From positions 2,988-66,987 of the forward strand of contig JAEZEZ010000019.1 in NCBI GenBank assembly GCA_023432855.1: 64,000 nucleotides of DNA. The letters are read 5' to 3'. Positions within the stretch are counted from its first letter, which is position 1, and every line of letters starts with the position of its first letter. Shown piece by piece: positions 52,881 through 62,767 of this stretch. A program made the translations under genes and the position numbers. This DNA is from Pseudomonadota bacterium (lineage in GTDB: Bacteria > Pseudomonadota > Alphaproteobacteria > Caulobacterales > Caulobacteraceae). The notes under the pieces are model-generated. The model made no database searches and was not told where the DNA came from. It saw only the letters and a list, made by a program, of their open reading frames with translations.

Positions 52881-53567
52881 ATGTCCCTGAACTTCGTCAT
52901 TGAACCGCCCGTCAGACCGTCGGCGCCTGTTGCGGGAACGAGCGCACGCTTCCCGGTCGGCCGGATTTGGTGCGTTGGCCGCAACTATGCAGCGCACGCC
53001 AGGGAAATGGGGGGTGATGGGCGAGAGGCGCCATTCTTCTTCTCAAAACCGGGAGACGCTGTCGTCGAGAGCGGATCCGAGATCCCTTTTCCGCGGGACA
53101 CGGAAGACCTGCACCACGAAGTCGAACTGGTGTGCGCCATCGGGAAGGAAGGCGCCGACATCGCGGTCGATCGGGCGTTGGACCACGTGTTCGGTTATGC
53201 CGTGGGCATAGATTTGACCCGGCGCGACCTCCAGGCGGAAGCGAAAGCCAGGGGGCGGCCCTGGGACATGGCCAAGGGTTTCGACAACTCGGCGCCCATA
53301 TCGGAAATCCTTCCAGGCAACGGGCCGAAGGACAGCGGCAGGATCTGGCTCAGCGTCGATGGGATCGTGCGGCAGGAGGCTGACTTGTCGGACATGACCT
53401 GGAGTCCCGCCGAGGTGATCTCGGCCCTGTCGCGTACGATCACCCTCAAGGCCGGGGACCTTATATTTACAGGGACTCCTGAGGGTGTCGGGCCGGTTCG
53501 GCGGGGTCAGGTCGTGGAGGGCGGCGTCGACGGAGTAGGGACGATCTCGGTCACTGCCGGGCGCTGA
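52881..53567 (+). CDS. fumarylacetoacetate hydrolase (FAH) family protein
   Basis: [16 protein letters not shown] ... FFFSKP ... HHEVELV ... [15 protein letters not shown] are typical FAH-family motifs. Confidence 0.85.
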   Translation: MSLNFVIEPPVRPSAPVAGTSARFPVGRIWCVGRNYAAHAREMGGDGREAPFFFSKPGDAVVESGSEIPFPRDTEDLHHEVELVCAIGKEGADIAVDRALDHVFGYAVGIDLTRRDLQAEAKARGRPWDMAKGFDNSAPISEILPGNGPKDSGRIWLSVDGIVRQEADLSDMTWSPAEVISALSRTITLKAGDLIFTGTPEGVGPVRRGQVVEGGVDGVGTISVTAGR

Positions 53568-54369
53568 TCGGGCAGGCGGAGCGATCCATCGGGCTGTCAG
53601 GCGAAACGATCGTTACGCCCAGGGCGGGCGCGGGCGTCCGCCGGCGGTACCTCACGCCCTTCAGCCAGATCCGGAAGGCGCCCCACCCGATTCCCGCGAC
53701 CACGGCGATCGTGTTGACCGGCCATCGCAGGACGGAATCGAGGAGCGTCCAGTCGTCGAACTCGCGACGGCGGCCCGTGAAGGAGGTGGCGATGAGCGGC
53801 CCATCCGCATCGGACCCGTCGACGCGAACCGTCACGTCTTCGGCAGGGGGCCGGACGGCGAAGTCGTAGCTCATGGACATGTCCATGAAGGGCGAGACGA
53901 AGAAGGACTTCGCACAACGCTGAAGGACGAGGTCGGCCGAGGCGGGGACCACGGGGATGACGTAGGCGTGGCGCTCTCCGAAGGTGTTGTTCACCTGGTA
54001 GATCAAAGCCGTCAGCCGACCGTCGTCGGCGTGGCAGAACCAAACTGACAGCGGGTTGAAGGCGAATCCGAAGACTCGCGGGATGCATAAGAGGCGGATG
54101 GGCCCATCCTGCGGAGAGATGCCGGCCTCGGCCAGCCGCGCCTGCGCCCAGCCGCGGAGGTCGCCGCTTCCGTCTCCGTGGTCGCCGTCGTGAAAGGCGA
54201 CCAGGGCCCGGCGGTTGCGCCCGAAGAAGCGCAGGCGCCGGTCCAGCGTGTCCAGTTCGTCGAGATCCAGCAGCACCTGGAACAGGCGCTGGCGCAGCAC
54301 GTGCGACTTCGGCCGCATCCGGCGATGGTAGACGGACCCCTCGTAAAGTCCGGACGCCAGGGCGCTCAT
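53551..54369 (-). CDS. DUF1365 family protein
   Basis: [32 protein letters not shown] ... is the DUF1365 N-terminal pattern. Its ATG overlaps the stop of the upstream FAD oxidoreductase (ATGA). Confidence 0.8.
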   Translation of the reverse strand: MSALASGLYEGSVYHRRMRPKSHVLRQRLFQVLLDLDELDTLDRRLRFFGRNRRALVAFHDGDHGDGSGDLRGWAQARLAEAGISPQDGPIRLLCIPRVFGFAFNPLSVWFCHADDGRLTALIYQVNNTFGERHAYVIPVVPASADLVLQRCAKSFFVSPFMDMSMSYDFAVRPPAEDVTVRVDGSDADGPLIATSFTGRRREFDDWTLLDSVLRWPVNTIAVVAGIGWGAFRIWLKGVRYRRRTPAPALGVTIVSPDSPMDRSACPISARQ

Positions 54370-55733
54370 CCGACCGCCTCGGCCTCCGGTCGCAGGTGGA
54401 TGCGGCCGGATTCTTCGGCCACCCTCCAGGGGCGCCGCACGCCGCCCAGCGCCTCGGCGACGGCGAGCCCTGACTGGAGGCCGTCCTCATGGAAGCCGGA
54501 GCCGAAATAGGATCCGCAGAACCAGGTGTTCCTCATGCCCTGTAACGACCACAGCCTGCGCTGGGCGCGTACGGCGGCTGCGTCGAACAGGGGATGCTCG
54601 TAGGTTTCGTCCCTCACCACGCTGCCCGTCGCCGGTTCGACAGCCGGGTTGAGCGTCACGAACAGCTGACGTGAGGCTGGCAGGCCCTGGAGCCGGTTCA
54701 TCCAGTAGGTCACGCACAGGTCCCCGCCTTCGGCCTCACCGCCGGACCGGCCGATATAATTCCAGCTGGACCAGCAGGACCGGCGTCTGGGCATGAGGCG
54801 GTCGTCGCCGTGCAGCACCGCCCGGTTGGGCGTGTATCGGAAGGCGCCGAGGAGGGAAGCTTCCAGCACGCTCGGATCCTCCAGCAGCCGCAGGGCCTCG
54901 TCCGCATGGGTGGCGACGACTACGTGGTCGAAGCGCCTGACCTCCCCACGGCCGTCGCGGACTTCGACACCGTTTCCCTCCCGGCGCACCGCCTCGGCGC
55001 CGAGGCCGATCCTGATCCGGTGAGCGTAGGCGGCGGTCAGCTTCTCCACGTAGGCGCGACTGCCGCCGACCACGGTGCGCCATTGCGGGCGCGCCTTGAG
55101 TGAAAGCAGGCCATGGTTCTGGCAGAAGCGGATGAAGGCGGCGGCGGGGAACTCGCGAATCCTGACCGCCGAAGTGGACCAGATGGCCGCAGCCTGCGGC
55201 AGCAGGTGATCCTCCTGGAAAGCGCGTCCGTACCCTTGCTCACACAGGTAGTCGCCCAGCGAGGTCAGCCGCTGGTCGAGCGCGCAGCAGTCGTTCGGGG
55301 CCTCGCGGTAGAACCGGACCAGGTCGGCAAGCATCGACCAGAAGCGCGGGCTCAGGAGATTGCGCTTCTGGGCGAACAGGGCGGCGGCGCTGTTGGATGA
55401 GTATTCCAGACGCCCGTCGTCGACCGAGACCCCGAAGGACATGTCCGAGCCGCGGGTGGCGACGCCCAGATGCTCGAACATCGCCGTCAGGTTCGGATAG
55501 TTCGCTTCGTTGTAGACGATGAACCCCGTGTCCACGGGGATCGGCCCGTCCGGCCCCGGAGCGTCGACCGTATGGCTGTGACCGCCCAGTCGCCCTTCGC
55601 GTTCGTACACCGTCACGCGATGGCGCTGGCTCAGCAGCCACGCCGCGGACATCCCCGAGATTCCTGAGCCGATCACGGCAATGTCCAGCGGCTTACGCGC
55701 GGGCGTGAAAGAAGGTGAGCTGTCGAAGGGCAC
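54366..55733 (-). CDS. FAD-dependent (amine-oxidase-like) oxidoreductase
   Basis: IAVIGSGISGMSAAWLL dinucleotide-binding motif. It is the conserved partner of DUF1365 in RpoE/ChrR singlet-oxygen regulons. Confidence 0.85.
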   Translation of the reverse strand: MPFDSSPSFTPARKPLDIAVIGSGISGMSAAWLLSQRHRVTVYEREGRLGGHSHTVDAPGPDGPIPVDTGFIVYNEANYPNLTAMFEHLGVATRGSDMSFGVSVDDGRLEYSSNSAAALFAQKRNLLSPRFWSMLADLVRFYREAPNDCCALDQRLTSLGDYLCEQGYGRAFQEDHLLPQAAAIWSTSAVRIREFPAAAFIRFCQNHGLLSLKARPQWRTVVGGSRAYVEKLTAAYAHRIRIGLGAEAVRREGNGVEVRDGRGEVRRFDHVVVATHADEALRLLEDPSVLEASLLGAFRYTPNRAVLHGDDRLMPRRRSCWSSWNYIGRSGGEAEGGDLCVTYWMNRLQGLPASRQLFVTLNPAVEPATGSVVRDETYEHPLFDAAAVRAQRRLWSLQGMRNTWFCGSYFGSGFHEDGLQSGLAVAEALGGVRRPWRVAEESGRIHLRPEAEAVG

Positions 55734-55771
55734 GGGATGCTCGCGTCATGGCCGGTGGCGGTCGCCTTTGA

Positions 55772-55797
55772 TACGGTCGAGGCAACCCGCCGGATCA
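55772..55797 (-). promoter_or_regulatory. RpoE/ChrR-type ECF promoter (TGATCC-N16-CGTA) driving the FAD oxidoreductase-DUF1365 operon
   Basis: The plus strand has GGATCA at 55792-55797 and TACG at 55772-55775. On the minus strand this reads TGATCC, a 16-nt spacer, then CGTA, about 40 nt upstream of the GTG at 55733. Confidence 0.6.
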
Positions 55798-55822
55798 GTC
55801 CCGGCGCGAAAGGCTCCGGAGG

Positions 55823-55848
55823 TGATCCGCCCGACCGCGAGCCGCGTA
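55823..55848 (+). promoter_or_regulatory. RpoE/ChrR-type ECF promoter (TGATCC-N16-CGTA), likely autoregulatory
   Basis: TGATCC at 55823-55828, a 16-nt spacer, then CGTA at 55845-55848, about 90 nt upstream of the sigma factor ATG at 55938. Confidence 0.6.
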
Positions 55849-55937
55849 ACAGGGGCATGAACGGGATTGCGCTCGCCTGTGACAGAAGCCTGTTTCCGCC
55901 GGCCGGACGTCCGCGCCTGGGCGCATGGACGTCAGCC

Positions 55938-56501
55938 ATGAGCGCTCCGCAGGATCCGGCGCCGGAGAACGCCGCGGCGCTGATACTGGCCATCGCCGCG
56001 CGCAACGACCGCGCGGCCTTCGCGGCCCTGTTCGAGCGGTTCGCTCCCCGGGTGAAGAGCTACATGCTGCGGTTGGGGGCGACTCCGGAGGCGGCGGAGG
56101 AACTTGCGCAGGAAGCCATGCTGACGGTCTGGCGGAAGGCGGCGCTGTTCGACCCCGCGCGCGCGGGCGCGTCGACCTGGATATTCGCCATAGCGCGCAA
56201 CCTGCGCATAGACGCGATCAGGCGCGAGCGCCGGCCTCGCATCGAGGACGACCCGACGGACGAGCCGCCACCCGAGCCGGCCGCCGACGCCGTGATCGCC
56301 GCCGCGGAGCGGGATGTTCGACTGAGGAGCGCAATGGCGGCGCTCCCGAAGGAGCAGGCCGAGGTGATCCGTCTGTCGTTCTTCCACGACAAGCCTCATT
56401 CCGAAATCGCCGCCGATCTTCGCCTGCCCCTGGGCACGGTGAAATCGAGGCTCAGGCTGGCCCTGGGCCGCCTGCGAAGCCTGGTGGGAGACCTCGCGTG
56501 A
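55938..56501 (+). CDS. rpoE: ECF sigma factor, RpoE (SigE)/ChrR-group
   Basis: MSAPQDPAPENAAALILAIAARNDRAAFAALFERFAPRVKSYMLR ... sigma2 and sigma4 regions (EVIRLSFFHDKPHSEIAADLRLPLGTVKSRLRLAL). It is followed by, and overlaps, chrR. Confidence 0.85.
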   Translation: MSAPQDPAPENAAALILAIAARNDRAAFAALFERFAPRVKSYMLRLGATPEAAEELAQEAMLTVWRKAALFDPARAGASTWIFAIARNLRIDAIRRERRPRIEDDPTDEPPPEPAADAVIAAAERDVRLRSAMAALPKEQAEVIRLSFFHDKPHSEIAADLRLPLGTVKSRLRLALGRLRSLVGDLA

Positions 56502-57145
56502 CAATCGTCCATCACCCTTCCGAAGCCCTGCTGATGGACTTCGCGGCCGGCAGCCTTGGCCAGGCGCGCTCCCTTGTGATCGCAGCCCACATCCATGCCT
56601 GCCCGCATTGCCAGGACATGGTCGAGGCGGCCGAAGCGGCCGGCGGAGCCCTGCTGGAGGACCTGCCTCCCAGCGAGATGGGACCCGACGCGCTGGAGCT
56701 CGCCATGGCCCGCATCGAACGTCCCGCCCCCGGGCCGATCGAAACGCCGGCTCTCGCGCCGGCCCAGCCGGCCGACTGGATCCGCGTTCCGGTGGAGGTC
56801 CGCGAGGCGGTTCGTCACAAGCGGTGGGTCGCGCCCGGCGTGTGGGTGGCGCCGATCCGCCAGGGTCACGGCGAGCCTCTGTCCTACCTCCTGAGAGTGG
56901 GGCCGGGCATGCGCATGCCCCTCCACACGCACGAGGGAACGGAGCTGACCCTCATCCTGAAGGGCGCGTTCCAGGACGGCGACGCCGTCTTTGGGCCGGG
57001 CGACGTGGCCGAGGCTGACGACCACACCGAGCACAGCCCGCACATCCTTCCGGGTGGCGAATGCGTGTGTCTCGTGGCCTGTGACAACCGGCTGGTCGTT
57101 CGCGACTGGCTGGGCCGGATCGTCCAGACTTACGCAGGAATATGA
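56498..57145 (+). CDS. chrR: ChrR-family anti-sigma factor (zinc-binding ASD + cupin)
   Basis: GTG 56498 forms a GTGA overlap with the sigma factor stop. H..ALLMDFAAG ... AAHIHACPHCQ is the zinc anti-sigma motif. A C-terminal cupin (HTHEGTELTLILKGAF) follows. Confidence 0.85.
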   Translation: MTIVHHPSEALLMDFAAGSLGQARSLVIAAHIHACPHCQDMVEAAEAAGGALLEDLPPSEMGPDALELAMARIERPAPGPIETPALAPAQPADWIRVPVEVREAVRHKRWVAPGVWVAPIRQGHGEPLSYLLRVGPGMRMPLHTHEGTELTLILKGAFQDGDAVFGPGDVAEADDHTEHSPHILPGGECVCLVACDNRLVVRDWLGRIVQTYAGI

Positions 57146-57146
57146 G

Positions 57147-57962
57147 GTGTCCGGCGCGCTTCCTTTCCTGCTGATCCCGCTGGGGCTGTGCGGCGCCATG
57201 GCAGGCGCCTGGGCGGTGCAGAGGTCCGGCGGGAGCAGCGGCTGGATCGATTCGATCTGGTCCCTGGCCACCGGCGGGGCCTGCATCGCCTTCGCCCTCG
57301 TCACGCCCGGGTCAGAACCGAGTTCCCGGGCGTGGCTGGTCGCCGCCCTCGCCGCCGCGTGGTCGCTGCGCCTCGGCATTCACATCGCGAGACGCTCGCC
57401 GGGTCACGACGATCCCCGCTACGCGCACCTGAAGCGGGAGTGGGGGTCCGCCTATCAGGCGCGCCTGTTCCGCTTCCTCCAGATCCAGGCTCTCGCCGGG
57501 GCGGCCCTGGCGCTGGCCGCGTGGCTGGCGGCGAGAAATCCCGAACCGGGTCTGACATGGCTGGACGCTGTCGGTGCGTTGGTCGCCGTCGCCGGCCTCG
57601 TCGGCGAGGGCGTCGCGGACTCCCAGCTGGCGGCGTTCAAGGCGAACCCTGCGAACCGGGGCGGGATCAACGACCGTGGACTCTGGGGCTGGTCGCGCCA
57701 CCCGAACTACTTCTTCGAGTGTCTGTTCTGGCTGGGCATCGCGCTCATCGCCCTGAGCCCCTCGGGTGTCTGGGCCTGGGGCTGGGCCGCGCTGGGAGCG
57801 CCGGCGTTCATGGTCTGGCTTCTGACCCGGGTGTCCGGGATTCCGCCGCTGGAGGCTCACATGGAGCGCTCGCGCGGTCGGGCGTGGCGTGACTACGCGG
57901 CGCGCACCAGCCCCTTCCTTCCCCTGCCCCCCAGGGCTTCGGCCAAGGAGATCCTGCGATGA
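57147..57962 (+). CDS. DUF1295 (steroid 5-alpha-reductase/ICMT-like) membrane protein
   Basis: GLWGWSRHPNYFFECLFWLG motif and multiple TM segments. The GTG start is 2 nt after the chrR stop. Confidence 0.8.
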   Translation: MSGALPFLLIPLGLCGAMAGAWAVQRSGGSSGWIDSIWSLATGGACIAFALVTPGSEPSSRAWLVAALAAAWSLRLGIHIARRSPGHDDPRYAHLKREWGSAYQARLFRFLQIQALAGAALALAAWLAARNPEPGLTWLDAVGALVAVAGLVGEGVADSQLAAFKANPANRGGINDRGLWGWSRHPNYFFECLFWLGIALIALSPSGVWAWGWAALGAPAFMVWLLTRVSGIPPLEAHMERSRGRAWRDYAARTSPFLPLPPRASAKEILR

Positions 57963-58363
57963 TCAAGTATCTGGCCGCCTACGTAGGCAGCGCCGTCACG
58001 ATTGCGGTTCTGGACGCCGTATGGCTGACGCTGGCGGGCAAGCATCTCTATCGCCCTGCGATCGGCGAACTGCTCATGCCGGACGGCTTCCGCCTGGCGC
58101 CGGCGGTCGTCTTCTATCTGCTGTTCGTCCTGGGCGTGGTGATCTTCGGCGTTTCGCCGGCGCTGCGTTCCGGACAATGGACCACCGCCGCCCTGATGGG
58201 CGGTCTTTTCGGTTTCTTCTGCTACGCGACCTACGACCTGACGAACCAGGCGACGCTCAAGCTGTGGCCGGTCCACGTCACCCTGATCGACATGACCTGG
58301 GGGACCCTGCTGGCCGCAGCCGGCGCGGTCGCCGGAGCCCTGGCGGCGGCGAGGTTCACCTAG
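57959..58363 (+). CDS. DUF2177 family membrane protein
   Basis: MIKYLAAYVGSAVTIAVLDAVWLT ... with four TM segments. It has an ATGA overlap with the upstream gene. Confidence 0.7.
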   Translation: MIKYLAAYVGSAVTIAVLDAVWLTLAGKHLYRPAIGELLMPDGFRLAPAVVFYLLFVLGVVIFGVSPALRSGQWTTAALMGGLFGFFCYATYDLTNQATLKLWPVHVTLIDMTWGTLLAAAGAVAGALAAARFT

Positions 58364-58411
58364 CCGCGCTCCGCGGGTCCCACTAAGCTCTCGGCCGAGA
58401 CGCAGGGGGGC

Positions 58412-59740
58412 ATGCGTATGACCGTAGCCGCGACGGCCGAGGGTCGCCACAAGATGGGCCCCGTGCTGGCGACGTTTCACGTCGCCGGAAATATGATCGG
58501 GTCAGGTGTTTTCCTGCTTCCCGCCACCCTGGCGACGATCGGCTCGGTCAGCATCATCGGGTGGGTCGTCACGACCCTGGGCGCCTTGCTGCTCGCCGCG
58601 ATCTTCAGCCTCCTGGCGAGGGTCCGACCGGCGGCCGGGGGCCTGGTGGCCTTCGTCGGGGACGGCCTGGGTCGCTTCTTCGGCTTCGAGGCGGCGTTCG
58701 GCTACTGGCTCACCTGCACCATCGGCAACGTCGCCATCGCACTCGCCGTGGTCGGATACCTTTCCTTCTTCATCCCGGCCCTGAAGGCCCCCCTCTTCGC
58801 GGCGGCGGGCACTTCGGCGGTGATATGGCTGCTGACGCTCGCCAACATCGTCGGGCCCCGGTTCGTGGGCCGGATGCACGGCGCGGCGCTTCTGATCGGG
58901 CTGCTTCCGATCGCGGCTGCAGCCGTGCTCGGATGGCTCGCTTTCGATCCCGCGGTCTTCCGGGCCTCGTGGAACGTTTCAGGTCACTCGGACATCAAGG
59001 CGGTCGGCCTGACCCTGGTCATGGTCTTCTGGGCTTTCCTCGGGCTCGAGACCGGCGCGGTCTGCGCCCGCGTGGTCCGCAATCCCGAGCGCAATGTGCC
59101 GATCGCGACCTTCGGCGGCGTGGCGCTTGCCGCCATTGTCTATCTTCTCGCCAGCGCTGCGGTGATGGGGGTGCTCCCAGCCGCCGTCCTGGCCCAGTCG
59201 GCGGCTCCGTTTGCAGATGTCGTGGCGAGGATCGTGGGCGCCGGGGTGGCGGGGATCGTCGCTGCCTGCGCCATCGCAAAGGCGTCCGGTACGCTCGGAG
59301 GATGGATTCTGGTTACCGCGGAAACGAACCGCGCCTCCGCGGAGGCGGGGTTCCTGCCGCGCTTCGTGTCGCGCTCCGACGGCGATGGCCCCCCGGTCCG
59401 CGACCTGATCGTGCTCGCATCCCTGATGACCGTAGTCGCCTTCGTGACCGCATCGCCCACGATCGGCGAGCAGTTCGGGGTCCTGATCAACGTGTCCACG
59501 AACCTGGCGCTGGCCGTGTTCGCCTTGTCCAGCGCGGCGTTGTTCCGCTTCGCGGGCGGCATGTCCTCGGGCCGCGGGCTCGCGCGAGCGGTGGCGGTCG
59601 CTGGGGTCCTATTCTGCGTCGGCGTAATCGCCGCGTCGGAGCCGCAACTGCTTCAGGTGCAGGCGTGGCTGTTCCTGCTGAGCCTGCCGCTTTGGGCCCT
59701 GATCGTCTGGAACGGCCGACGCCGCGGGCGGCAGACCTAG
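58412..59740 (+). CDS. APC-family amino acid permease/antiporter
   Basis: GNMIGSGVFLLPATLA motif and 12 TM segments. The start could instead be the internal ATG near 58454. Confidence 0.8.
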   Translation: MRMTVAATAEGRHKMGPVLATFHVAGNMIGSGVFLLPATLATIGSVSIIGWVVTTLGALLLAAIFSLLARVRPAAGGLVAFVGDGLGRFFGFEAAFGYWLTCTIGNVAIALAVVGYLSFFIPALKAPLFAAAGTSAVIWLLTLANIVGPRFVGRMHGAALLIGLLPIAAAAVLGWLAFDPAVFRASWNVSGHSDIKAVGLTLVMVFWAFLGLETGAVCARVVRNPERNVPIATFGGVALAAIVYLLASAAVMGVLPAAVLAQSAAPFADVVARIVGAGVAGIVAACAIAKASGTLGGWILVTAETNRASAEAGFLPRFVSRSDGDGPPVRDLIVLASLMTVVAFVTASPTIGEQFGVLINVSTNLALAVFALSSAALFRFAGGMSSGRGLARAVAVAGVLFCVGVIAASEPQLLQVQAWLFLLSLPLWALIVWNGRRRGRQT

Positions 59741-60015
59741 TAGAAGATGTTTTCCGACTTCGGCGTCTCGGGCGGCGGCGGGCTTTCCCCAGCCTCGTAG
59801 GGCACCGGTTCGGCCGGGGTTTCCGGCACGGGGTCCTCTTCCGGAGTCGCCGCGGCCGCGGCCGCAGCCTCGGCGGCGACCTCTTCCGCCGTGGGCGCCT
59901 CGACCCCCTGTTCCTCCGGGACGGTTTCCGACGGGGCGGAAACCTCACCGTCCCCGCAGGCCGCGAGCATGAGGGCGGCGCCGCTGAGCGCCAGTCCGGC
60001 CAGAATCCTTCGCAT
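59737..60015 (-). CDS. small Ala/Glu/Pro-rich low-complexity lipoprotein
   Basis: The internal ATG (60013-60015) gives MRRILAGLALSGAALMLAAC, a lipobox, followed by an acidic Pro/Ala/Glu tail. Confidence 0.55.
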   Translation of the reverse strand: MRRILAGLALSGAALMLAACGDGEVSAPSETVPEEQGVEAPTAEEVAAEAAAAAAATPEEDPVPETPAEPVPYEAGESPPPPETPKSENIFY

Positions 60016-60074
60016 CTTCGTCCTTCCTCGGCGGTTCACGGCCGCGCTTCCTTATATCCGAACGCACGCGCGGC

Positions 60075-60824
60075 CTACACGCTCCCGCAGGCGGGGCAGG
60101 AGGGGTCGGCGGCCAGCGTGCTCCGCCGGACACGCCAGGAAAGGGCGTCGAAATGGAGGAGTTCTCCCGTGGGATCCTCACCCACCCCGGCGACCAGCTT
60201 GATGACGGCCAGCGCGGCCATGGACCCGATCACCCCGGGTAGCGCGCCGACCACCCCGACGCGCTCGCAGGTCTGGGCGTCCGGCGGCGCTTCGTTGACC
60301 AGGCAGCGGTAGCAGGGTCGCCCCTTCAGAACGGCGAGGACGCCTTCCCAGCGGCCGATGGCGGCGGAGACCAGGGCGACGCGCTCGCTCACACAGGCGT
60401 CCGACACCGCCAGCCGTGTCTCGAAGTTGTCGACCCCGTCGACCACCAGATCCCATCCGGCGACCCGTTCCCGGGCGTTCGAGTCGTCGAGGCGCTGCTG
60501 GAATGTTTCGACCACGACGTGGGGGTTGAGGTCGGCCAGCCGCCGCTTCGCTTCCTCGACCTTGGCCCGGTACAGGTCGCTTTCGCCGTAGAGGATCTGA
60601 CGCTGAAGGTTGGAGAGGCTGACGACGTCGTCGTCCACCAGGCCGAGCCGGCCGATTCCCGCGGCCGCCAGATAGAGCGCCGCCGGCGACCCGATGCCGC
60701 CGGCCCCCACCACGAGAACCGAGGCGGCCTTCAGCTTCTGCTGACCTGATCCGCCCAGTTCGCGCAGCACCAGATGGCGTGCGTAGCGCTCGACTTCGCG
60801 GTCGCTGAAAGGGCCCTCGGACAT
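60075..60824 (-). CDS. ThiF/MoeB/HesA-family adenylyltransferase (E1-like)
   Basis: The internal ATG gives MSEGPFSDREVERYARHLVLRELGGSGQQKLKAASVLVVGAGGIGSPAALYLAAAGIG. CYRC and CPACG zinc-site pairs are present. Confidence 0.85.
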   Translation of the reverse strand: MSEGPFSDREVERYARHLVLRELGGSGQQKLKAASVLVVGAGGIGSPAALYLAAAGIGRLGLVDDDVVSLSNLQRQILYGESDLYRAKVEEAKRRLADLNPHVVVETFQQRLDDSNARERVAGWDLVVDGVDNFETRLAVSDACVSERVALVSAAIGRWEGVLAVLKGRPCYRCLVNEAPPDAQTCERVGVVGALPGVIGSMAALAVIKLVAGVGEDPTGELLHFDALSWRVRRSTLAADPSCPACGSV

Positions 60825-60976
60825 GGGGAAGTGATAGGCCCCGGACACGCAGAACACCACTCGCCAGACGGCCTGCGCAGGTCTAACGTCGGTATAGACG
60901 CCCTGCGCGACGCGGCCGGGGAGTACATCCCGACCTCGCCTCGTCCCCGTCAGGGGCCAAGGGGGAGGAGTTCGGC

Positions 60977-62767
60977 GTGGAGCCAACGAACACCGAAGCG
61001 CCCGAGTACTTCCACAAGGTCGTCGACTGTCAGTGGGCATGCCCCGCCCACACCCCGGTGCCTGAGTACATCAGGATGATCGCCGAAGGGCGTTACGACG
61101 ACGCCTATATGCTCAACTGGCGGTCCAACGTCTTCCCCGGAATTCTCGGCAGGACGTGCGACCGGCCCTGTGAGCCGGCTTGTCGTCGGGGCCGCGTCGA
61201 AGCCGAGCCTGTCGCGATCTGCCGGCTGAAGCGCGCGGCCGCCGACAACAAGGGCGATGTGTCGGCCCGCATGCCGCTTCCGGCTGCGGTGATGAACGGC
61301 AAGCGCGTCGCCTGTGTGGGAGCCGGCCCCGCTTCCCTGACCGTGGCCCGCGATCTCGCGCCGCTGGGCTACCAGGTTACGATATTCGACGGCGACCGGC
61401 GTGCAGGCGGCATGATTCGCAGCCAGATTCCCCGCTTCCGCCTGCCCGAGGAAGTGATCGACGAGGAGGTCGGATATATCGCGGCCCTGGGCCCGGAGAT
61501 GCGGCTGGGCCAACAGGTCGACAGCCTGAGGAGCCTGCTGGACGAGGGGTGGGATGCGGTCTTTGTCGGGTCCGGCGCCCCCAGGGGCCGTGACCTGGAC
61601 GTTCCCGGCCGGCGCGAGGCCGCCGCCAACATCCACATCGGCATCGACTGGCTCGCCAACGTCTCCTTCGGGCACGTCTCGCGCATCGGACGGCGCGTGA
61701 TCGTTCTCGGCGGGGGAAACACGGCCATGGACTGTTGCCGCACCTCCCGGCGCCTGGGCGGCGAGGACGTGAAGGTGATCGTCCGCTCGGGCTTCGACGA
61801 GATGAAGGCTTCTCCCTGGGAGAAGGAGGATGCGATGCACGAGGGCATCCCGATCCTGAATTTCCTCTCGCCCAAGGCTTTCACACACGACAATGGCCGT
61901 CTGACCGGGGTCGTTTTCCAGCCGATGGGGTGGACGGTGGACGAGGCCACCGGTCGCCGGGCGTTGCGTCCGACGGGCGAAGCCGACCAGCACTTCGAAT
62001 GCGACGACGTGCTGGTCGCCATCGGCCAGGAGAACGCCTTCCCCTGGATTGAGCGGGACATCGGTCTGGAGTTCGACGAGTGGGGAATGCCGAAGGTGAA
62101 CCCGATCACCTTCCAGTCGACCAATCCCAAGGTGTTCTTCGGCGGGGATGCGGCTTTCGGGCCGAAGAACATCATCTGGGCCGTCGCTCACGGCCATGAG
62201 GCGGCGGTGTCGATCGACCGCTGGTGCCGCGGCCAGGACGTGCAACTCAGGCCACCCCCGGGGGTGAGCCTCGCATCCCAGAAAATGGGCATCCACGAGT
62301 GGAGCTACGACAACGACGTTTCGATCGACGAGCGGCGGAAGGTGCCGCTCATGGACACCGCCAGGGCGCTGTCGGACGTGAAGGCCGAAGTCGAACTGGG
62401 GTTTGACCGGGCGCTCGCCTATGCGGAGACGCAGCGCTGCCTGAACTGTGATGTCCAGACGGTGTTCGCTGCACCACTCTGCATCGAGTGCGACGCCTGC
62501 ATGGACGTCTGTCCGACCGATTGCATCACCTTCACCGCCAACGGGCCGGAGGAGGAGCTTCGACCCCGGCTCAAGGTCCCGGCCGACAACCTCGAGCAAC
62601 CACTCTACGTATCGGGCGCGCTCAAGACCGGGCGGGTCATGGTGAAGGACGAGGACGTCTGCCTGCACTGCGGCCTGTGCGCCGAGCGCTGCCCCACCGG
62701 CGCCTGGGACATGCAGAAGTTCCTGCTGGAAATGACGCATGCGGGGTCGCCATGCCAGGGGCACTGA
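60977..62767 (+). CDS. NAD(P)H/FAD-binding (glutamate synthase small-chain-like) oxidoreductase fused to a 2x[4Fe-4S] ferredoxin domain
   Basis: The GTG start is preceded by GGGGGAGGAG. Motifs: RVACVGAGPASLTVARDL, VIVLGGGNTAMDCCRTS, and C-terminal CLNCDV...CIECDACMDVCP and CLHCGLCAERCP. It overlaps the start of the downstream 2-oxoacid oxidoreductase gene by 16 nt. Confidence 0.8.
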   Translation: MEPTNTEAPEYFHKVVDCQWACPAHTPVPEYIRMIAEGRYDDAYMLNWRSNVFPGILGRTCDRPCEPACRRGRVEAEPVAICRLKRAAADNKGDVSARMPLPAAVMNGKRVACVGAGPASLTVARDLAPLGYQVTIFDGDRRAGGMIRSQIPRFRLPEEVIDEEVGYIAALGPEMRLGQQVDSLRSLLDEGWDAVFVGSGAPRGRDLDVPGRREAAANIHIGIDWLANVSFGHVSRIGRRVIVLGGGNTAMDCCRTSRRLGGEDVKVIVRSGFDEMKASPWEKEDAMHEGIPILNFLSPKAFTHDNGRLTGVVFQPMGWTVDEATGRRALRPTGEADQHFECDDVLVAIGQENAFPWIERDIGLEFDEWGMPKVNPITFQSTNPKVFFGGDAAFGPKNIIWAVAHGHEAAVSIDRWCRGQDVQLRPPPGVSLASQKMGIHEWSYDNDVSIDERRKVPLMDTARALSDVKAEVELGFDRALAYAETQRCLNCDVQTVFAAPLCIECDACMDVCPTDCITFTANGPEEELRPRLKVPADNLEQPLYVSGALKTGRVMVKDEDVCLHCGLCAERCPTGAWDMQKFLLEMTHAGSPCQGH

